DNA of 64,000 bases from positions 32,001-96,000 of the forward strand of contig JBHPIO010000003.1 in the NCBI GenBank assembly GCA_042568575.1, written 5' to 3'. Below, in pieces: positions 59,441-64,000 of the stretch (positions within the stretch are counted from its first letter, which is position 1; every line of letters begins with the position of its first letter). The position numbers and the translations under genes are program-made. The notes under the pieces are model-generated. The model searched no databases, was not told where the DNA came from, and worked only from the letters and a program-made list of their open reading frames with translations. This DNA is from Patescibacteria group bacterium. Lineage in GTDB: Bacteria > Patescibacteriota > Gracilibacteria > UBA1369 > PNNO01.

Positions 59441-59541
59441 CCTTTCTTATTCTCCAGAGAGGCCAGTGTTATTTGGATGATGTTGTGTAGGCACCAATGG
59501 TGCTGTAAAATTCATTACTGATCTATTAGTAACGATTTTTT

Positions 59542-59961
59542 ATGAAAAAATTTCTTATAATCCTGTTGGTTTTAGTTATTGGTGCGGGTTTGGCGTATTT
59601 TTTGTTAATGAATAATAGCCCTCAGGAACCTGCGATAGAGGATCCTCAGTATCTTTCTTACTCGGAATCGCTTTATTCCGATCTTATTGGAAATAATAAG
59701 CCTTTTACACTTTTCTTTTATGACAGTAACGACGAGGCTTTGAAAACATTGAGGCAAAGTTTAAAAGATGACATAGAGAATTATCCGATTGGTTCAAAAA
59801 TAATTGAAGTTGATTTTGGTGTGGATACAGAAATTCAAAATCAATATGAGGTTACTGAGGCGGGTGTGTTTATTTCAATTAATTCTAAAGGTAAGGTTAT
59901 TGAGACTTTTAGTTCTGTAGATGTTGAGGAGATAAAAACGGCTGTATCTTCGTCTTTATAA
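59542..59961 (+). CDS. Membrane-anchored thioredoxin-fold protein lacking CxxC
   Basis: N-terminal TM; PFTLFFYDSNDEAL at the usual FxAxWCxxC position; IIEVDF and YEVT...FISINSKG. Confidence 0.6.
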   Translation: MKKFLIILLVLVIGAGLAYFLLMNNSPQEPAIEDPQYLSYSESLYSDLIGNNKPFTLFFYDSNDEALKTLRQSLKDDIENYPIGSKIIEVDFGVDTEIQNQYEVTEAGVFISINSKGKVIETFSSVDVEEIKTAVSSSL

Positions 59962-60032
59962 GTTATCTTTAGTTGACGTAATGTGCCTTAAGTGTTAGCA
60001 TACGCTCCAATTTAAAATTAACCAGTTTAAAC

Positions 60033-60365
60033 ATGTTTGATAGAACTGAAAGAGATCCTGATACAGGTGTTGAAGTTGAAGCCGAAACTGAAACTGAAAC
60101 TGAAGTATCTGGAGAAGAAGGAGAACCTACGGGAGTAGATGCAATAAAAGCAAGATTTGCTAAATCCGCGGCAGCTGCAGAACCTGAAGTGGTTGCAGAA
60201 CCTGAACAGGATCCACTTACTCGAAAAGAAGCTTTAGCAAATGCAGGTGCAAAAACTTCTCTTGGGGAGCCTTGGGCGCAAAAAGTAAGAAAAGGAATGC
60301 AACAAGCAGTTCAAGATCCACGATCAAGTAGAAAGGGAAAACCTGAAGATGGAGAAGAGGGATAG
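60033..60365 (+). CDS. Acidic hypothetical protein
   Basis: 110-aa ORF; promoter TTGACG-N17-TAGCAT (59973-60001). Confidence 0.65.
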   Translation: MFDRTERDPDTGVEVEAETETETEVSGEEGEPTGVDAIKARFAKSAAAAEPEVVAEPEQDPLTRKEALANAGAKTSLGEPWAQKVRKGMQQAVQDPRSSRKGKPEDGEEG

Positions 60366-60398
60366 TCTAAAAAAAACCACGCAGAAGCGTGATTTCAA

Positions 60399-60473
60399 TG
60401 GTAGTCCCAAGGGGAATCGAACCCCTGTTTCATGGATGAAAACCATGTGTCCTAACCACTAGACGATGGGACC
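60399..60473 (-). tRNA. tRNA-Glu (TTC)
   Basis: GGTCCCATCGTCTAGTGGTTAGGAC-A-CATGG-TTTTCAT-CCATG-AAAC-AGGGGTTCGATTCCCCT-TGGGACTACCA; encoded CCA. Confidence 0.97.
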
Positions 60474-60545
60474 AAATTTGCGAAACTTATTTTCAAACTT
60501 GCAAAAAAGATTATATAGAAACCAATTCTAAAGTCAAACAAATCA

Positions 60546-60881
60546 CTAAGGCGAGATATATTTTGAGCCTTCTGGTTTTTCCATATCATACATCTTATCG
60601 CTTTCTTCAAGCATAAACATCGATTTTGCCTTTAATACCTTAATACGCAGTTCTTTATTAATGTTTTCCAGTTCTTCATTTTGAAGTATTAGTTGCGAAT
60701 GAACGTATCCTTTTTGCGCGGAGTTACTAGTATTCAACAAAAATACGATACTCAACACGACAGTTATTAAAACCAGGCCAAATAATAAAGCGACGATCGT
60801 CTTACGTACTTCCTGTGAAAGGGGAGTACGCTTGCGTATGAGTTTGCTCCCGAACCTCTTATTAAATGTTTCATCAACCAT
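60546..60881 (-). CDS. Second FtsL-like bitopic protein
   Basis: TM followed by SAQKGY...NEELENINKEL...L.AKSM...M.KP, paralleling 11349-11705. Confidence 0.55.
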   Translation of the reverse strand: MVDETFNKRFGSKLIRKRTPLSQEVRKTIVALLFGLVLITVVLSIVFLLNTSNSAQKGYVHSQLILQNEELENINKELRIKVLKAKSMFMLEESDKMYDMEKPEGSKYISP

Positions 60882-60883
60882 TT

Positions 60884-61879
60884 TTAAACTTCATTTATAA
60901 TTTCATATTCCACCCAGATAACTCCAGTTCCAGGATGTGCAATCGTCTCAAAAGCGCTGCGTGATAAATCAATAACGCGACCAGTAATAAACGGTCCACG
61001 GTCATTTATCCTCACAGTAACTTCTGCACCATTTGCAAGATTAGTTACTTTCACCACAGTGTTAAAAGGTAGAGTCCTGTGTGCTGCGGTTAGTTCCGCT
61101 GCCCTGTAAGGCTCGCCGGAAGATGTTCCATTTCCTTCAAGTGAATCGTGATAGTACGATCCTTTTCCAAACATTGCTCCTTCTTTGCTCTTCATGTATC
61201 TGTAAACAAGTTCTGCAAACTTGCTTCGAGTCATTTCTCGGCCTGGATTAACGGTTCCATTCATCATCACATATATAATCTGTCGTAATTTTGCTTCTTG
61301 AATATATGGAGCGAACCATTCATTCATATTTACATCAACATACGGATTTTCTGTTACTTCTGGAAGAACAACGTCGTCGTCTTCCATAACCATTTTAAAA
61401 CTTTCTACCCTGTTTACAGTAATAATAGGCCTGAAGGTTCCATCTTCATATCCTTGAACAACACCTTCTTCAACTCCCTTTTTAAGATAAGGGAAATACC
61501 ATTGGCTTTTATATATGTCGGAAAAGCTAACAAGATCTAAATTTGTTGAATAATTACTCCCTCCTAGTCTATTTTGTTCAACATAATCGTCAGTAATTGT
61601 TCCATTTGCCTCTAAAATTATTTTTAGCGCCTCAATTCTATTAATTAGATTTCCTGGCTTAAAACTTCCGTCGTTATAACCTTCCAAAATTCCTTTTTCT
61701 TTTAGATATTTGAGTGCAACGTACTCGGGATGGCCAACATCAACATCCGAAAAAACATGAGTATCAACCGGTTCTTCTACTGCTTCTTCAGATTGCGCGC
61801 TAGCAATAAAAGGAACACTAAAGATAAGGAATGCTCCCAGTGTTGTTATTAAAAGTTTGTGACTGCTTCGCATCTTCAT
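60884..61879 (-). CDS. SLH-domain protein fused to an RlpA-family (DPBB) lytic transglycosylase domain
   Basis: GYNDGSFKP and GYEDGTFRP SLH repeats; TAAHRTLPFNTVVKVTN...VRINDRGPF...IDLS. Confidence 0.9.
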   Translation of the reverse strand: MKMRSSHKLLITTLGAFLIFSVPFIASAQSEEAVEEPVDTHVFSDVDVGHPEYVALKYLKEKGILEGYNDGSFKPGNLINRIEALKIILEANGTITDDYVEQNRLGGSNYSTNLDLVSFSDIYKSQWYFPYLKKGVEEGVVQGYEDGTFRPIITVNRVESFKMVMEDDDVVLPEVTENPYVDVNMNEWFAPYIQEAKLRQIIYVMMNGTVNPGREMTRSKFAELVYRYMKSKEGAMFGKGSYYHDSLEGNGTSSGEPYRAAELTAAHRTLPFNTVVKVTNLANGAEVTVRINDRGPFITGRVIDLSRSAFETIAHPGTGVIWVEYEIINEV

Positions 61880-61882
61880 AGT

Positions 61883-62359
61883 TTATGAAGGGTTTTGAAG
61901 AATTATAGTTACTTGTCTGTGATCACCATCTCCAATACTTTCAGTTACAATGTCTTTAAAGTCTTGTTCAGTTAAATACATATGAACAACACGTCTAAAA
62001 TAAGGTGACATTGGTGGCAGAACTTGAGTTTTCTTAGTCTTGCGAGCCATATCAACTTTTCGCTGTGCGAGATTAATTACGTTATCTTCCTGTCTCTTTC
62101 TGTAATTATCAACATCAAGAAGAATATTGAAATCTTCTTTTGTCTGCTTCCATGCGATAACTTTAAGCAGATGCTGAAGAGCTTGTATATTTTCACCGTG
62201 AAATCCAATTAACATGCTTGGGTCTTCAGTTTCGATATTGATCCGATACAAGTCGTTATCACCACTTTTTTCTTTGTCGATATGTATCTTATCAAACGGA
62301 GCCTCGATTTTAATAAGAAGAGTTTCGAGGATTTCCTTGAGGGATTTATCTATCTCCAT
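61883..62359 (-). CDS. jag: Jag/KhpB (EloR)-like KH plus R3H RNA-binding protein
   Basis: LIGFHGENIQALQ, DVDNYR, PMSPYFRRVVH and ESIGDG motifs; follows yidC. Confidence 0.88.
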   Translation of the reverse strand: MEIDKSLKEILETLLIKIEAPFDKIHIDKEKSGDNDLYRINIETEDPSMLIGFHGENIQALQHLLKVIAWKQTKEDFNILLDVDNYRKRQEDNVINLAQRKVDMARKTKKTQVLPPMSPYFRRVVHMYLTEQDFKDIVTESIGDGDHRQVTIILQNPS

Positions 62360-62420
62360 TTTAGAGGGTATATTTAAGGATATTATTAACGTAAATAGTG
62401 CGCTTTGTAATTATAGCAAA

Positions 62421-63689
62421 TTATGAATCTTTTTCTATGACTCTAACTGTGCTTTTGTTCTTATTGCCTGGACTCACACGTTTGTTTACATAAAGTTGTT
62501 GTCCTATACCGAAGATTGTTGAAGTTCCCCAATATAGACCCACACCTGAAGGTACTGATGCGGTGAAAAGCGCTATCATAATTGGCATTATATATACCAT
62601 CATTTGAGTTGCCATTTCCATTTCTGCTCCCTTTTTTGGCTTTCCATCTTTCTTTTTCTCGATTTGCTTCTTATTCTGCTGTTGCTGTTGGTTCTTTTTA
62701 CGTGCTGTAGCAAGCTTCATTTGGAAGAATTGTAGTCCTGCTACGATTAGTGGCAATACGATGATATTTCGCTCCGTTAGATTAAGTAATCCGAAGAAGT
62801 TTGTATTAATTAGAGATAAATCAAATCCTTGTTGGAACGAGTAAAGCAAGTGAACGTTATCCGGATTTAATCCTGTTTGAATTACGTAGAAGAGCGCGAT
62901 AAGTATTGGCAGCTGAATAACAAGTGGCAAACAACTTCCAAAAGGATTTACCTTGTACTCTTTATATAATGCAAATGTCTCTTGAGCTATTTTTTGTTGA
63001 TTGTTCTTATATTTTTCCTGCAATTTTTTAATTCGTGGTTGAAGATCCTGTAACTTTCTTTGCGATTCAAGACCACGCTGCGCAGGGATGAATAATAAAA
63101 GTCTTAAAAGAATAGTAAGCAGGATAATAGCTAAACCAAGATTATAACCCGGCATTATACTTACTATATATATAAGTGCGTTATAGATAGGTTGATAGAA
63201 GAATGTTCCCCATGTGTATCCCCACCATGATTGACCTGAAACTGTGAATTCGTTACTTTCAAAAGTAGCCATTTCACCTTCGATTTCTGTTGTAATACCT
63301 ATTTTATATCTACCTATCGTATTAAAGAGAGCATGGTTCCAAGAGCGATATTCAATTACTGATTCTTCTAGCGGAGGAATTTCGGTGTCTATTACTGTTG
63401 AGCAGTCAATATTTGGAGTTGCTGTAAGTTGGTTGAAATTACCATTTTGATATAAGAAGACATCAAGTGGTTCTTCTGGACATTCACTTGGAAGAATAAT
63501 TGGTGAATTTGTGTTGTTTTTGATCTTAACAGAAACAAGTTGATTTTGTTTGTATTCATTATTTAAAGTTGCTATTCCAATATCTCCTCCAGCGAGATTG
63601 GCATCTATTTCTGTGTTTCCGCTACATCCTCTGAAAATAACGAGAAGTGCAACAAAGAATATTGCGAATGTGATTAATTGTCGTTTCAT
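62421..63689 (-). CDS. yidC: Membrane protein insertase YidC
   Basis: GLAIILLT, LQPRIK, NPFGSCLPLVIQLPI and PSGVGLYW motifs. Confidence 0.95.
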   Translation of the reverse strand: MKRQLITFAIFFVALLVIFRGCSGNTEIDANLAGGDIGIATLNNEYKQNQLVSVKIKNNTNSPIILPSECPEEPLDVFLYQNGNFNQLTATPNIDCSTVIDTEIPPLEESVIEYRSWNHALFNTIGRYKIGITTEIEGEMATFESNEFTVSGQSWWGYTWGTFFYQPIYNALIYIVSIMPGYNLGLAIILLTILLRLLLFIPAQRGLESQRKLQDLQPRIKKLQEKYKNNQQKIAQETFALYKEYKVNPFGSCLPLVIQLPILIALFYVIQTGLNPDNVHLLYSFQQGFDLSLINTNFFGLLNLTERNIIVLPLIVAGLQFFQMKLATARKKNQQQQQNKKQIEKKKDGKPKKGAEMEMATQMMVYIMPIMIALFTASVPSGVGLYWGTSTIFGIGQQLYVNKRVSPGNKNKSTVRVIEKDS

Positions 63690-63693
63690 TGAT

Positions 63694-63999
63694 TTAAGGT
63701 GCTAAAGAAGTGAAAATATCGTTAGTATTCTGAACGATTCTATCATAATTGCAAGATAAGATTTGCTTATGCGGGATGAGCACTATGTCGTAAAATTGCT
63801 CTGTCTCCGGCTGACTTGGTAAGTTGTTTCTGATTGCCTCGTAAATTTGTCTGCGTTTTTTATTGCGAACTGTGGCGAGTTTTTCGAATTTCCTACTAAG
63901 CACTAGCGACCATCTGTGATACTTACACTTATTTGGAAGGTATTTCACAATAAACAACCCAACCTTCTTATTTTCTCCTTTATTAAGAACTTTTTGGAC
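63694..63999 (-). CDS. rnpA: Ribonuclease P protein component (5' end outside the window)
   Basis: SRKFEKLATVRNKKRRQIYE (RNR-like motif); upstream of yidC; frame open to the window edge. Confidence 0.85.
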   Translation of the reverse strand, partial: VQKVLNKGENKKVGLFIVKYLPNKCKYHRWSLVLSRKFEKLATVRNKKRRQIYEAIRNNLPSQPETEQFYDIVLIPHKQILSCNYDRIVQNTNDIFTSLAP

Positions 64000-64000
64000 A

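Noticed and set aside
60078-60106. GAAACT short tandem repeat
   Set aside because: In-frame ET low-complexity coding repeat; 6-nt units would not shift the frame
1-64000. Genetic code 25 (TGA=Gly) as in Gracilibacteria/SR1
   Set aside because: Conserved genes are full length under code 11 and TGA ends genes at sensible positions (e.g. 11705, 47572, 50140)

Overview
AT-rich, tightly packed chromosomal region of a reduced-genome bacterium. Gene content, missing Shine-Dalgarno sites, SLH proteins and the Cys-rich paralog family suggest a CPR/Patescibacteria lineage such as Peregrinibacteria (inference); TGA acts as stop, so code 11. Housekeeping content: hrcA-grpE-(two ORFans)-dnaK with two CIRCE operators, gap, tsaC, rsmH-ftsL-like, fba-fbp, an ECF sigma/FecR pair, an envelope cluster (SLH-CAP, LCP, pseudouridine synthase, DD-carboxypeptidase, mraY), comEC, class II RNR with NrdR boxes, GH1, ilvD, tRNA-Glu and rnpA-yidC-jag. 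Two features stand out. (1) A 15.5-kb array (43337-58796) of seven full-length and one split ~550-aa cytoplasmic Cys-rich proteins with conserved zinc-ribbon ends and variable Cys-ladder cores, interspersed with two TrmB-like regulators, each followed by a palindrome overlapping the next paralog's promoter. (2) Directly after it, an ORF-free ~550-nt multi-branched RNA-like structure (58892-59440) with its own promoter, a boxA-like motif and a 15-bp closing stem, which I could not match to any RNA family I know. Other signals: a possible -1 frameshift at 34330, a duplicated ECF promoter motif, boxA/SD-bearing ORFans and a recurring TAAC motif before SD-less starts. All assignments come from reading the sequence by eye; no searches were run.
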